NCBI GenBank assembly: GCA_007693605.1 | Contig: REDG01000056.1 | Span: 4,358-68,357 of the forward strand | DNA: 64,000 nt | Reading direction: 5' to 3' | Source of the DNA: Bradymonadales bacterium | GTDB taxonomy: Bacteria > Bdellovibrionota > UBA2394 | Position numbers and translations under genes: made by a program | The notes under the pieces: model-generated | The model's input: the letters and a program-made list of their open reading frames with translations, nothing else | What the model was told of the DNA's origin: nothing | Databases searched by the model: none | Shown here: positions 47,864-58,055 of the stretch, in pieces | How the letters are laid out: every line of letters starts with the position of its first letter | How positions within the stretch are numbered: position 1 is the first letter of the stretch

Positions 47864-49549
47864 CTAGATACTTTGATCTTCCCTTAAGTTTTCACAACGA
47901 ATGCTGCGAGTTTGATTCGCTTCGACCTTGACCCGCCCTTTGTAAGATTTTTGTGGGGTATCACAGCGAAACTCATGTTCGCCCACTTCTAACTCGATGC
48001 CGCGAGCGCGAGGGCCCGGAACAGATCCGATGAGTCGTCCTCCGATAAAAACTTGAGCGTAGCCCTCTGGCGGCGCAATCAGATTCACACGGCCTCTTTG
48101 CGCTTGAACTTGCGTGCGCCGATCTTCGACCACTTCAGGAGGCTCTTCGACGGGGATCGGTCTTCGAAGACGAGGCTCTGGTCGCTGTAAAATCCGAGTG
48201 ACCGCCTCGGTGGAGTCTCCACTCGTTCGAGTGTCTTCTGAAGCCTCTTCTTTGTCTGGCTCTGCGACGGGGCTTTCGACTGCAGAGGCTTCCTCTGACC
48301 GATCGGGGCGCAGCTCAGGCGAGGGGCTTGAAGGCTCACGAGGGCTTTGAGGGCCCTCAAAGAACAAAGCGAAGAGACTAGACAAAATCACGAAGGCCCC
48401 CCCGGCAATCAACAGATTTCTCTTCTTTCTCTTCTTCTCCGGATAGGTGGAAACCGTAATCTCTTCACCCAGCTCCGCGGCAGGCTGCAGCCCGGCCTCT
48501 AGGAGCTTCGACTTAAAGGCGATGTGGGTGTTCGGATTGGCTTGAGAACGGAGTAAAGGATCTTTGGCTTGTTCGAGCGCGGCCTTCAGTCGTTCCCTCT
48601 CTATTTTCATTTCTGTCTCAAACAGGCTGTGCATAAAGGCAGCCAGTTCTTGGCTGCTCAGGCTCAGTTTTTGTTCGATGGCGAACTGACTGAGATCTGA
48701 CAGAAGATGGCTGGCGCTTTGGTAACGATTCTCAGGCTCTCTTGCCAAGGTCTTCAAGACGATCTCATCGAGGGCCGGTGAGACGAGTGGGTTCTTCTCC
48801 GAGGGCTTCGGAACAAATCCGGCCTTCACTCGCTCGAGTGTTTGAATATCACTTTCTGCTCGGAACAGACGATCAGAGGTGAGAAGTTCATGTAAAATCA
48901 CCCCGACGGCGTAAATGTCTGTGGTTTGATCGATCGATCGACCAGAGGCTTGCTCTGGTGACATATAGCTAAACTTGCCCTTCAACACTCCGGCTTCGGT
49001 TCTTGAGATTCGAGAGGCGGCTTTGGCAATTCCAAAGTCTAGAATTTTCACTTCCCCCTCATACGAGATCACAATATTTTGAGGGCTCATATCGCGATGA
49101 ATAATCTTCAGAGGCTCGCCGAGTGAGTCGGTTTTTCGGTGGGCAAAGTCTAAGCCTTTTAAGACTTCGGTGATCAGATAAAGACACTGCTCGATCGAAA
49201 GATGAAGACCTTTTGTTTTTAGGGATCTTGTGATGTCTCGAAGATTTTTTCCTTCGACAAACTCCATCGTGATGTACAAGACCTCATCGACCTCGCCCAA
49301 TTCATAGATTTGTACAATATTGGCTTGATTGAGCTGAGCCGCAATTTTTGCCTCATCTTCGAACATTTCGACGAATTCAGGGTCCTCGCGCAGATGTTGA
49401 AGAATTTTCTTAATGACGACGATTTTCTCAAAGCCTCGTACGCCAGACTGCTTCGCTTTGTAGATCTCAGCCATGCCACCGACGGCGAGTCGGTCTAGCA
49501 GAATATAGTTCCCAAAGGGCTGAATAATAAATGAGGGGGTCTTGTCCAT
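47864..49549 (-). CDS. Hanks-type Ser/Thr protein kinase, TM, C-terminal PEGA-like domain
   Basis: LAVGGMAEIY, VIKK, HRDMSPQN, DFG, GKFSYMSPE, TDIYAVG; one TM; beta-rich C-terminus. Confidence 0.92.
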   Translation of the reverse strand: MDKTPSFIIQPFGNYILLDRLAVGGMAEIYKAKQSGVRGFEKIVVIKKILQHLREDPEFVEMFEDEAKIAAQLNQANIVQIYELGEVDEVLYITMEFVEGKNLRDITRSLKTKGLHLSIEQCLYLITEVLKGLDFAHRKTDSLGEPLKIIHRDMSPQNIVISYEGEVKILDFGIAKAASRISRTEAGVLKGKFSYMSPEQASGRSIDQTTDIYAVGVILHELLTSDRLFRAESDIQTLERVKAGFVPKPSEKNPLVSPALDEIVLKTLAREPENRYQSASHLLSDLSQFAIEQKLSLSSQELAAFMHSLFETEMKIERERLKAALEQAKDPLLRSQANPNTHIAFKSKLLEAGLQPAAELGEEITVSTYPEKKRKKRNLLIAGGAFVILSSLFALFFEGPQSPREPSSPSPELRPDRSEEASAVESPVAEPDKEEASEDTRTSGDSTEAVTRILQRPEPRLRRPIPVEEPPEVVEDRRTQVQAQRGRVNLIAPPEGYAQVFIGGRLIGSVPGPRARGIELEVGEHEFRCDTPQKSYKGRVKVEANQTRSIRCENLREDQSI

Positions 49550-49623
49550 ATAATTGATACAATCTCCATTGTACCTAAAAACCCGTTTTCGCTGCCATGC
49601 ACATATGCTTTATTACGGCTTTC

Positions 49624-50640
49624 ATGTCGAAGTTCTTTCAATCTTTTGCCGATCTTCCAAGCTCTCGTGGCCGCGCCCTCTGTTTGGGGAATTTTGACGG
49701 CCTGCATTTAGGGCATCAGAAGCTTCTTGAGAGCTGTCTGCAGAAGGCTCGCGATAAGAAGCTTTCTAGTCTGGTCTTCAGTTTCGACCCACACCCTCGA
49801 AAGTTTCTTTCAGACCCCTCAAAGATTCGTATCCTTACCTTGCTCGAAGAGAAGCGGCATTTGCTCGGGGCGATGGGTTTCGACGAGATTCTTTTGCAGC
49901 GCTTCGATCGAGAGTTTTCGAAGATCGAGGCCGACGAGTTTGTTAAAATTCTCACCCGATACCTTTGTGCGAAAGTCGTCTTGTTTGGCAGAGATTTTCG
50001 CTTCGGCAAAGGAGCTAAGGGAAGTCGGGAGTGTTTTGAGAAAGTTTCTGGAGTGGAGGTGGTCGAGTTAGAGGCCGTCAGAGACAAGGCTTCAGAGGTT
50101 TTAAGTAGTGAGCGAATTCGAAGCCTTGTGCTTTCTGGGGATGTGGAGTCTGCCAATCGGCTCTTGGGTTATCCCTACTTTCTGAGCGGTGAAGTGATTC
50201 ATGGCGATAAACTGGGCAAACAACTGGGCTTTCCAACGGCGAATTTGCAGACATTCAACGAGTGTTTGCCGAAGCCAGGAGTCTATTTTAGCTCTGTTTG
50301 CTTGAAGGAGTCCTCATTGCTCTATCCGTCAGTGACGAATGTGGGATTTCGACCGAGTGTCAGCAATCAGGGAGAGCTTCGAATTGAAACCCATCTTCTT
50401 CAGTTTCAGGATGAGCTGGTTGGGCAAAGACTTCGGCTTCACTTCTTCAAGAGGCTTCGCCCAGAAAAGAAACTGAGTGGCCAGTCCGCTTTGGCCGCTC
50501 AAATCAAAGAGGATGTTGTGGCGGCGCAGCAATTTTGGGCTCAAAAATTCGATCTGAGGGATTCGGAGAGGATTTATTCGCGTCAACTCGCTCCGACTCT
50601 AAAACAAGAAATTCTTGGATTCATAAGCAAAATTAGTTGA
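49624..50640 (+). CDS. ribF: Bifunctional riboflavin kinase / FAD synthetase
   Basis: GNFDGLHLGHQ, F.PHP, G.DFRFG, SS..IR, LGFPTAN, GVY, G.RP, ETHL. Confidence 0.95.
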   Translation: MSKFFQSFADLPSSRGRALCLGNFDGLHLGHQKLLESCLQKARDKKLSSLVFSFDPHPRKFLSDPSKIRILTLLEEKRHLLGAMGFDEILLQRFDREFSKIEADEFVKILTRYLCAKVVLFGRDFRFGKGAKGSRECFEKVSGVEVVELEAVRDKASEVLSSERIRSLVLSGDVESANRLLGYPYFLSGEVIHGDKLGKQLGFPTANLQTFNECLPKPGVYFSSVCLKESSLLYPSVTNVGFRPSVSNQGELRIETHLLQFQDELVGQRLRLHFFKRLRPEKKLSGQSALAAQIKEDVVAAQQFWAQKFDLRDSERIYSRQLAPTLKQEILGFISKIS

Positions 50641-50644
50641 TGGC

Positions 50645-50699
50645 GACAGTTTCTGTCTGGCTTGGGGACAAAGTTTGCCGGGGAGGGGCACAAATTGTC
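50645..50699. promoter_or_regulatory. Three phased palindromic boxes GRCA-N5-TGYC (putative PilR/bEBP binding sites)
   Basis: GACAgtttcTGTC 50645, GACAaagttTGCC 50667, GGCAcaaatTGTC 50687; start spacings 22 and 20 bp. Confidence 0.6.
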
Positions 50700-50738
50700 C
50701 CTTTTGCGATAGAATTTTCTTGAGGCCGTCTAACACAT

Positions 50739-50755
50739 TCGGCCAAGCACTTGCG
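50739..50755 (+). promoter_or_regulatory. Putative sigma54 (-24/-12) promoter of the pilB operon
   Basis: tcGGccaagcacTTGCg: GG-N10-GC with TTGC, 24 nt before the pilB ATG. Confidence 0.6.
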
Positions 50756-50778
50756 TTATCGGGGGAGCGAGACAAGAT

Positions 50779-52494
50779 ATGGCAGCGGGATCTAAAGATC
50801 GTCTAGGCGAGTTACTCGTCAGAGAGAATCTCATTTCAGCCTCACAGTTGATGAAAGCTCAAGAGGCCTCTCGAAAAGAGGGCGGGCGGCTCAGCACGAA
50901 TCTCACGAAGTTGGGTTTCATCAAAGAAAACGAACTCACTCAATTTTTGAGCAAACAGTACGGCGTGCCTTCGGTCGATCTTAGCTCGTTTCAGATTGAT
51001 CCTGAGATCATTCGGCTCATCCCCGAAGATGTCGCTGAAAAACATTGTGTGATTGCCGTCAACAAAGTGGGCAGCAACCTGATTGTTGCCATGAGTGATC
51101 CTAGCAATATTTTTGCAGTGGACGATCTGAAGTTTCTAACGGGCTATAACATCGAAGTGGTCGTCTCATCGGAAGCCTCCATTCGTGAGGGCATCGCGAC
51201 TTACTACCAAGATGAGTCTTTGAAGTTCAACGAAGTTCTCGCAGACTTCGAAGATGAAGAAGTTGAGATTATCGCCTCTGAAGAAGAGATCAATGCCGCT
51301 CAACTCGAGAGGGCTTCTGAAGACGCTCCCGTCGTTAAGCTGGTCAATCTAATTCTGTTAGAGGCGATCAAAAAGGGGGCTTCAGATATTCATATTGAGC
51401 CCTACGAAAAGAATCTTCGGGTTCGCTATCGAATTGATGGAGTATTGCATGAGCAAATGAAACCGCCGATCAAGCTCCGAAACTCGATTGTCTCTCGGGT
51501 AAAAATCATGTCGTCTTTGGATATTGCCGAAAGACGACTTCCACAAGACGGTCGGATCAAGTTGAAGTACGGAAAAGGTCAAGATATGGAGTATCGGGTT
51601 TCGGTCTTGCCCACTCTGTTTGGCGAAAAGGTGGTCATGCGGCTTCTCGACAAGAGTAACCTCCAGCTCGACATGACTAAATTAGGCTTCGAAGAGAAGC
51701 AGTTGAAGGATTTTCAACACGCGATTCATCAACCCTACGGAATGGTTCTAGTGACAGGCCCGACGGGTTCAGGAAAGACGACCACATTGTATTCAGGCTT
51801 GGCCGAACTGAACAAGACCTCTGAAAATCTTTCGACGGCTGAAGACCCGGTTGAATTTAGTATCGGTGGAATCAATCAAGTTCAGATGCACGAAGATATT
51901 GGTTTAAACTTCGCAGCCGCTCTTCGTTCATTTCTTCGACAAGATCCTGACATCATCATGGTGGGAGAGATTCGAGACTTCGAAACGGCAGAGATTGCCA
52001 TTAAGGCGGCCCTTACGGGTCACTTGGTTTTGAGTACACTTCACACGAACGATGCTCCAAGCACCATTAGTCGACTTTTGAATATGGGGATTGAGCCCTT
52101 CTTGGTGGCCTCTGCGGTAAACGCGATTGTGGCGCAGAGATTGGGTCGAAAAATTTGTCAGGAGTGCAAAGTGGAAGACAAAGTGAGCGTACAGAACTTG
52201 TTGGATATCGGAGTTAACGCCGATATGGCCAGCGGCATGAAGGCCTTCGTCGGTAAAGGCTGCAAGGCCTGCGGAGAGACCGGCTACAAAGGTCGAATTG
52301 CTCTTTACGAAGTGATGGTGATGAAAGACGAGTTGAAAGACTTTGTTCTGAATGGGGCAAGCACCTCTGAACTAAAGAGAGAAGCCATTCGGCTGGGAAT
52401 GCAGACACTCAGAATGAGTGCGATCAAGAAAATCTCAGAAGGGGTCACCACAATCGAAGAGGCCTTACGAGTGACCGCCTCTGATACTAACTAA
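50779..52494 (+). CDS. pilB: Type IV pilus assembly ATPase PilB
   Basis: RLGELL (MshEN-like), ASDIHIEP, GPTGSGKTTT, LRQDPD.IMVGEIRD, Cys4 motif. Confidence 0.96.
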   Translation: MAAGSKDRLGELLVRENLISASQLMKAQEASRKEGGRLSTNLTKLGFIKENELTQFLSKQYGVPSVDLSSFQIDPEIIRLIPEDVAEKHCVIAVNKVGSNLIVAMSDPSNIFAVDDLKFLTGYNIEVVVSSEASIREGIATYYQDESLKFNEVLADFEDEEVEIIASEEEINAAQLERASEDAPVVKLVNLILLEAIKKGASDIHIEPYEKNLRVRYRIDGVLHEQMKPPIKLRNSIVSRVKIMSSLDIAERRLPQDGRIKLKYGKGQDMEYRVSVLPTLFGEKVVMRLLDKSNLQLDMTKLGFEEKQLKDFQHAIHQPYGMVLVTGPTGSGKTTTLYSGLAELNKTSENLSTAEDPVEFSIGGINQVQMHEDIGLNFAAALRSFLRQDPDIIMVGEIRDFETAEIAIKAALTGHLVLSTLHTNDAPSTISRLLNMGIEPFLVASAVNAIVAQRLGRKICQECKVEDKVSVQNLLDIGVNADMASGMKAFVGKGCKACGETGYKGRIALYEVMVMKDELKDFVLNGASTSELKREAIRLGMQTLRMSAIKKISEGVTTIEEALRVTASDTN

Positions 52495-52500
52495 GGAAGT

Positions 52501-53673
52501 ATGAGTTTTATGAATGACCAACCACAAAAAGCTTCTTCAGATGAATCCTCAGGCGGACGAATTACTCTTCACCAGCTTCTTAAGACGATGATGGAAAAAG
52601 GCGGAAGTGACCTTCATTTGACGGCAGCGACTGCACCCGCGATTCGAATTGATGGAGAGATTGTACCCTTAAAATTGCCGCCCTTGTCTCCGACGGATTG
52701 TAAGCGGCTTTGTTACAGTGTCTTGACGGATATTCAGAAGTCTCAGTTTGAAGAGAATCACGAACTCGATCTCTCTTTTGGAGTTAAAGAGCTGGCTCGA
52801 TTTCGAGCGAATATTTTTGTGCAGCGAGGGGTGGTTTCTGGGACATTCCGACAGATTCCCTTTAAGATTTCCACTCTAGAAGATTTGGGCTTGCCCAGTT
52901 CTGTGGCAGATTTGTGTAAGAAGCCTCGGGGACTCATTCTTGTGACAGGACCAACGGGTTCAGGAAAGTCGACGACTCTCGCATCGATGATTGACAAGAT
53001 CAATCGGGAGACTCATCAGCATATCTTAACCATTGAAGATCCCATTGAGTTTTTACATCCTCATAAGGGCTGTATCGTGAATCAGAGAGAGGTGACGCAC
53101 GATACGGAGAGCTTTGAGAAGGCCCTAAAATATATCCTTCGACAAGACCCCGATGTGGTGATGATCGGAGAGCTGAGAGATCTGGAGTCGATTGAGTCGG
53201 CCCTTGCCATTGCCGAGACGGGGCATCTTTGTTTTGCGACCCTTCATACTAACGGAGCCGTTCAGACCATCAATCGACTGATCGATGTTTTTCCCTCCAC
53301 CCAGCAGGAGCAAGTGCGGGCCCAGCTCTCGTTTGTGCTAGAGGGGATCATTTCTCAGACTCTTTTGCCCAGGGCTTCCGGCGTCGGTCGAGTCATGGCC
53401 TGCGAGATTTTGATTCCGAATGCGGCGGTGAGGAATCTTATTCGAGAAGACAAAGTTCATCAGATCTATTCACAAATGCAAATGGGCCAGGATCGGTCGG
53501 GAATGTTGACCCTGAATCAGAGTCTTTTGGAGATCTTTAAAAAGAGACTAGTGACTTTAGATGAAGTCTTGAGTGCGAGTTCCGATCCCGAAGAGTTGAG
53601 ACGAGCGATTGATGCGGAGGTTCCGCCAAAAGCAAATCCGGGCCAACAACGAGGTCAAATCAAGCGATCATAG
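52501..53673 (+). CDS. pilT: Type IV pilus retraction ATPase PilT
   Basis: SDLHL, GPTGSGKSTT, TIEDPIE, LRQDPD, AETGH, AVRNLIRE. Confidence 0.96.
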   Translation: MSFMNDQPQKASSDESSGGRITLHQLLKTMMEKGGSDLHLTAATAPAIRIDGEIVPLKLPPLSPTDCKRLCYSVLTDIQKSQFEENHELDLSFGVKELARFRANIFVQRGVVSGTFRQIPFKISTLEDLGLPSSVADLCKKPRGLILVTGPTGSGKSTTLASMIDKINRETHQHILTIEDPIEFLHPHKGCIVNQREVTHDTESFEKALKYILRQDPDVVMIGELRDLESIESALAIAETGHLCFATLHTNGAVQTINRLIDVFPSTQQEQVRAQLSFVLEGIISQTLLPRASGVGRVMACEILIPNAAVRNLIREDKVHQIYSQMQMGQDRSGMLTLNQSLLEIFKKRLVTLDEVLSASSDPEELRRAIDAEVPPKANPGQQRGQIKRS

Positions 53674-53685
53674 AGGAGAAAACCG

Positions 53686-54912
53686 ATGGGTGTTTATAAA
53701 TGGGAAGGTGTCAGTCGTGATGGTCGAGTAAAGTCGGGAACCAAAGAGGCCCCAAACGAGGCCGCAGTTCTGCAGTTTCTGAGAGCTCAGCAGGTAAGAC
53801 CTCGCAGGATTCGGCTCTCTCGTTCGGCCTCACTCAACAAAGGCTTGAATCTGAACTTCGGTTCTCAAAAGATCAAGATGAAAGATCTGGTGGTTTTCTC
53901 GAGACAGTTTGCCACAATGATCGATGCCGGACTTCCCTTGGTGCAATGTCTAGATATTTTGGGAAGTCAGGCCGAGAATCAAAACTTCAGGAAAGTCATC
54001 AAGCAGGTTCAAAACGATGTCGAGGGGGGATCCACCTTTGCCGAAGCCTTAAAGAAACACCCGAAAGTTTTCGACTCTCTTTACTCCAACTTGATTGCCG
54101 CCGGAGAAGTCGGAGGGGTGTTGGATGTGGTCATGCAGAGAATCGCCACCTACCTTGAAAAGGCCGACAAACTGGCTCGCCAGGTGAAGAGCGCCATGGT
54201 GTATCCTGCGACGATTCTATTGGTTGCCATCGGGGTTATTGCAGTACTTTTGGTTTTCGTTATTCCCATCTTCGAAAATATGTTCGCCGAGATGGGCGGA
54301 GACGGGCTGCCCGCTCCCACGGCTTTCGTGATTGCTCTGTCAGAATGGGCTCAGAGTAATATCTTGTTTCTCATTGCTGGGGGGGTCGGTCTCGTATTTC
54401 TGTGGAAATACATCCGAAAGAATCCACGGGGCCGGGAAGTCACGGACGATCTGTTCTTAAGGTCTCCGGTTTTTGGTCCAGTTTTGCAAAAGGTGGCCGT
54501 GGCTCGATTTACCAGAACGCTGGGAACCATGATTTCTTCGGGAGTCCCGATCTTGGAAGCCCTCGACATTACGGCAAAGGCTTCTGGAAATATGACCGTG
54601 GAAAAAGCTGTGCTGAGAGCTCGGGCCAGTATTTCTGAGGGGAAGACGATTGCGGAACCCATCTCTCGATCGACGGTATTCCCTCCCATGGTTTGTCAGA
54701 TGATCAATGTGGGCGAACAGACAGGAGCTCTTGATACGATGCTCGGAAAGATTGCCGACTTCTATGACGACGAAGTCGATGCAGCCGTCAAAGGGCTTAC
54801 TTCTTTGATGGAGCCCGCGATGATGGTGATCTTGGGAGGACTGATCGGGGGGATGGTCGTCGCCATGTATCTTCCAATTTTCGAAATGGCCGGAAACCTA
54901 CAGGCGGGATAA
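53686..54912 (+). CDS. pilC: Type IV pilus platform protein PilC
   Basis: FSRQFATMIDAGLP, GEVGG.LD, AM.YP, GEQTGALD, MYLPIF. Confidence 0.95.
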   Translation: MGVYKWEGVSRDGRVKSGTKEAPNEAAVLQFLRAQQVRPRRIRLSRSASLNKGLNLNFGSQKIKMKDLVVFSRQFATMIDAGLPLVQCLDILGSQAENQNFRKVIKQVQNDVEGGSTFAEALKKHPKVFDSLYSNLIAAGEVGGVLDVVMQRIATYLEKADKLARQVKSAMVYPATILLVAIGVIAVLLVFVIPIFENMFAEMGGDGLPAPTAFVIALSEWAQSNILFLIAGGVGLVFLWKYIRKNPRGREVTDDLFLRSPVFGPVLQKVAVARFTRTLGTMISSGVPILEALDITAKASGNMTVEKAVLRARASISEGKTIAEPISRSTVFPPMVCQMINVGEQTGALDTMLGKIADFYDDEVDAAVKGLTSLMEPAMMVILGGLIGGMVVAMYLPIFEMAGNLQAG

Positions 54913-54920
54913 CAAGAGAG

Positions 54921-56519
54921 ATGTTTCTGAGAGAGCAACATTACCATTTAGAGACTCGGCTCAAGTGGATCATTTGGGCGAGAGCACTCTTTTTGGGGGT
55001 CATGCTCCTCGGGGCGACCGGCTTTAATCTGTTCTTTGAAGAGATCGTTGGTCGTGGAGAGATTGGCCTGGTGGGGGCGGGAATTCTGTTCAGCTTCTTT
55101 TCTCGCTTTGCCTTGTGGTTTAGCGTCTTAGACTTTCAGAAGAGGATTTTGGCCTGGTCTCAAGTGGTCTTTGATGCGCTCTTTGCTTCAGGGCTCATTT
55201 ATTTAACCGGAGGCTTTTTCTCTAGCTTCATTTCGATCTATGGAATGGTGATTTTAGCAGCGGCCATTCTTTTGTTTACAAGGGGGGCTAGCATTGCGGC
55301 CATGATTGGGGCGGCCAGCTATGTCTTAGTCTCGATTTTAGGCCTGGAGTCGCTTTCTCTTTGGATGGATGCTCAAGTTTTGGTGCGACTGCTCTTTGTG
55401 CCGAGCAGTTTGATCTTGGTCGGAGCGCTGGTCGCCATTCTCTTTAGAAACAGGGAAGACTTGGTCAAGCGACTCGAAGAAACGCACTTAGATCTTGAAG
55501 AAAGCCACCAGCTCAACAGTGCGATTTTGGAGCAAATCCCTGAAGGCGTAATCTTGGTGAACCAAGAGGCTAAATTGATCTTTTCAAATCCGAAAGCTCG
55601 AGAGCTCTTTGGGGATTTGTTGAGCCAAGAAAATCTCAAAGAGACCGAGTTGAAATCGATCTTGAATGATCAGGACTTTCAGCGCTTAGATTGGGTCGTC
55701 AGGGGTGTCACGAGAAATCTACAGCTTCAGGCCTTGTCCCTGGGCTCGCAAGGCCGCCTGATTGTGATCCAAGATCGGACTCAAATTGAAGAGCTAGAGA
55801 AGCAGATTCAGTTGAAAGACAGGCTGGCCACGGTAGGGCAGTTGGCGGCAGGACTCGCCCATGAAATCAAAAATCCGCTCGCAAGCCTCAGCGGTTCCAT
55901 TCAGTTGATGAAGAGAGATCTTTCTCCAGACTCCGCCCAAGATCGCTTAATGCAAATTGTCTTGAGGGAAACAGATCGATTGGACGAACTCCTTGTTAAC
56001 TTTTTGAACTACGCCAAACCCTCTCGCTTGCAACTCAAGAGCTTTCATTTGGGAGAGCTTGTGCGAGAAATCAAAAGTCTTTTTGAACTGAAGAGAGAGT
56101 CTCCGGTGAAGAGCCTGGTATTGAGCTTGAAAGAGACGGGGGATTTGAATCTGATTGCCGACTCTTCTGCCTTGAGGCAAGTGGTATGGAATCTACTTCG
56201 AAATGCTGAGGCCGCCATGATTTCAGGCGGAGAGATTGCTATCGAACTAGACGGAAGCCAGTCTGGGCGGGTGCTGATGCTCGTTCGAGACAGCGGAAAG
56301 GGAATGTCTGAAGAGACGCAGAAAAGAATTTTTGAGCCTTTCTATACCGAGCGATCTCAGGGCATTGGTTTGGGCTTAGCCTTGGTTTATCAAATTTTAG
56401 AGGGGCATCAGGCCAAGCTTCAGTTGAAGTCGAAGCTTGGACAGGGCACAGAGATCCGAATGGAGTTTTTGAGAAAGGGACCGGCGATTGAGGAGCAGAG
56501 AGAGTTTTCTGCCGCTTAA
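54921..56519 (+). CDS. pilS: Sensor histidine kinase PilS
   Basis: Multi-TM N-terminus, PAS, AHEIKNPL, NLLRNA, DSGKG, IFEPFYT, GIGLGL; position between pilC and pilR. Confidence 0.88.
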   Translation: MFLREQHYHLETRLKWIIWARALFLGVMLLGATGFNLFFEEIVGRGEIGLVGAGILFSFFSRFALWFSVLDFQKRILAWSQVVFDALFASGLIYLTGGFFSSFISIYGMVILAAAILLFTRGASIAAMIGAASYVLVSILGLESLSLWMDAQVLVRLLFVPSSLILVGALVAILFRNREDLVKRLEETHLDLEESHQLNSAILEQIPEGVILVNQEAKLIFSNPKARELFGDLLSQENLKETELKSILNDQDFQRLDWVVRGVTRNLQLQALSLGSQGRLIVIQDRTQIEELEKQIQLKDRLATVGQLAAGLAHEIKNPLASLSGSIQLMKRDLSPDSAQDRLMQIVLRETDRLDELLVNFLNYAKPSRLQLKSFHLGELVREIKSLFELKRESPVKSLVLSLKETGDLNLIADSSALRQVVWNLLRNAEAAMISGGEIAIELDGSQSGRVLMLVRDSGKGMSEETQKRIFEPFYTERSQGIGLGLALVYQILEGHQAKLQLKSKLGQGTEIRMEFLRKGPAIEEQREFSAA

Positions 56520-56537
56520 TGCCAAGGGGGAATCGAT

Positions 56538-58010
56538 ATGCGTATTTTAGTGGTCGATGATGAGCTAAGTGTAAGAGAGTTTTTTGAAATTCTCTTAAAG
56601 AAGGAGGGCTATGAAGTCTTTTGTTCCAGTGATGGGGCAGAAGCGCTTCGAATGATTCGTGACGAGCACTTCGATTTGTTGATCACCGATCTTCAAATGA
56701 AAGAAGTCGATGGGATGACGCTCTTAAAAGAAGCGAAAAGAATGCATGCGGACCTGCCAGTCATGATGATCACGGCTTTTGCGACCACCGATACGGCGGT
56801 TGAAGCCATGAAGCACGGAGCTTTTGATTACCTCAGTAAGCCTTTCAAAATTGATGAGATCAAAATTAGTATTGAAAAGGCTCTAGAGGCCAAGCGGCTT
56901 ACAGAAGAGAACCAGAATTTGAAGTCAGAGCTTCGAGAGAAGTATCAGTTCAAGAACCTTTTGGGCGAGAGCGAACCGATGCATCGCCTATACGACTTGA
57001 TTCGAAAGACTTCCGCAACAAAGACCAATGTTTTGATTTATGGTGAAAGTGGAACTGGAAAAGAGTTGGTGGCGAAAGCCATTCACTTCAACTCCGATCG
57101 AAAGGATCGAGCCTTTGTGACCGTGAATTGTGGAGCCATTCCTGAAAATTTAATCGAGAGTGAGCTGTTTGGTCATGTGAAGGGAGCCTTTACGGGCGCA
57201 GTTTCGAATAAGCAGGGTCTTTTCGAGGCCGCTCATAAGGGGACCATCTTTTTAGATGAAATCGGAGAGCTGCCTTTGCAAATGCAAGTGAAGCTCTTGA
57301 GAGCGATTCAAGAGAGGGCTTTTTTGAGAGTGGGGGGAACCGAAACCGCTCATGTGGATGTTCGATTGATTGCGGCAACCAATCGAGACTTAAGCGATGA
57401 AGTGAAGAAGGGAGCCTTTCGAGAAGATCTCTTTTATCGACTCAATGTGATCCAGTTGAAATTGCCACCACTTCGACATCGTAAGGCCGATATTCCTCTG
57501 CTAGCGAATCACTTTCTTGATAAATATTCGAAAGAGACCGGAAAGAAGGTTCAGAAGTTAAGCCCGAAGGCTTTAGAAAAGCTGATGGAGTACGATTTTT
57601 ACGGAAATGTTCGGGAATTGGAAAATATCATTGAACGGAGTGTGGCATTGGAGACCTCTGAAGAGATTCAGGTTCAATCTTTGCCGGGCAATGTGCTTCA
57701 TCCTCAGCCGCAGCGCGAGGAATTGTCCTTTGACTCTGCGAGAGATCAGATTGAGACCGGCAGCGTGGCGTTGGATTCTCTGATGGATTCTTTCGAAAGA
57801 GATCTTCTTCTGAGGGCCTTAGAGCGAACTAGAGGATCGAGAACTCGAGCCGCAAAGCTTTTGGGTATCAGTACTCGCTCGATTCGCTACCGCCTGAAAA
57901 AGCATCGAATTGGCGAGGTGGATGAGCTAGAAGAGGCAGGGCTTTCGGAGTTGGACGAGCACACAGAGGTGGCCTCCAAGAGCAGTTCAAAATACTCGAA
58001 AAATCAGTAA
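56538..58010 (+). CDS. pilR: sigma54-dependent response regulator PilR
   Basis: REC domain, GESGTGKE, ELFGH.KGAFTGA, FLDEIG, C-terminal Fis-type HTH. Confidence 0.9.
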   Translation: MRILVVDDELSVREFFEILLKKEGYEVFCSSDGAEALRMIRDEHFDLLITDLQMKEVDGMTLLKEAKRMHADLPVMMITAFATTDTAVEAMKHGAFDYLSKPFKIDEIKISIEKALEAKRLTEENQNLKSELREKYQFKNLLGESEPMHRLYDLIRKTSATKTNVLIYGESGTGKELVAKAIHFNSDRKDRAFVTVNCGAIPENLIESELFGHVKGAFTGAVSNKQGLFEAAHKGTIFLDEIGELPLQMQVKLLRAIQERAFLRVGGTETAHVDVRLIAATNRDLSDEVKKGAFREDLFYRLNVIQLKLPPLRHRKADIPLLANHFLDKYSKETGKKVQKLSPKALEKLMEYDFYGNVRELENIIERSVALETSEEIQVQSLPGNVLHPQPQREELSFDSARDQIETGSVALDSLMDSFERDLLLRALERTRGSRTRAAKLLGISTRSIRYRLKKHRIGEVDELEEAGLSELDEHTEVASKSSSKYSKNQ

Positions 58011-58014
58011 CTTA
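58002..58014 (+). promoter_or_regulatory. IHF-consensus site at the pilR/pilin junction
   Basis: aatcagtaactta matches WATCARNNNNTTR. Confidence 0.4.
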
Positions 58015-58055
58015 GACCTTGGCCCCTCGCCCCAAAAAAGGGCTACAATAGAAGG

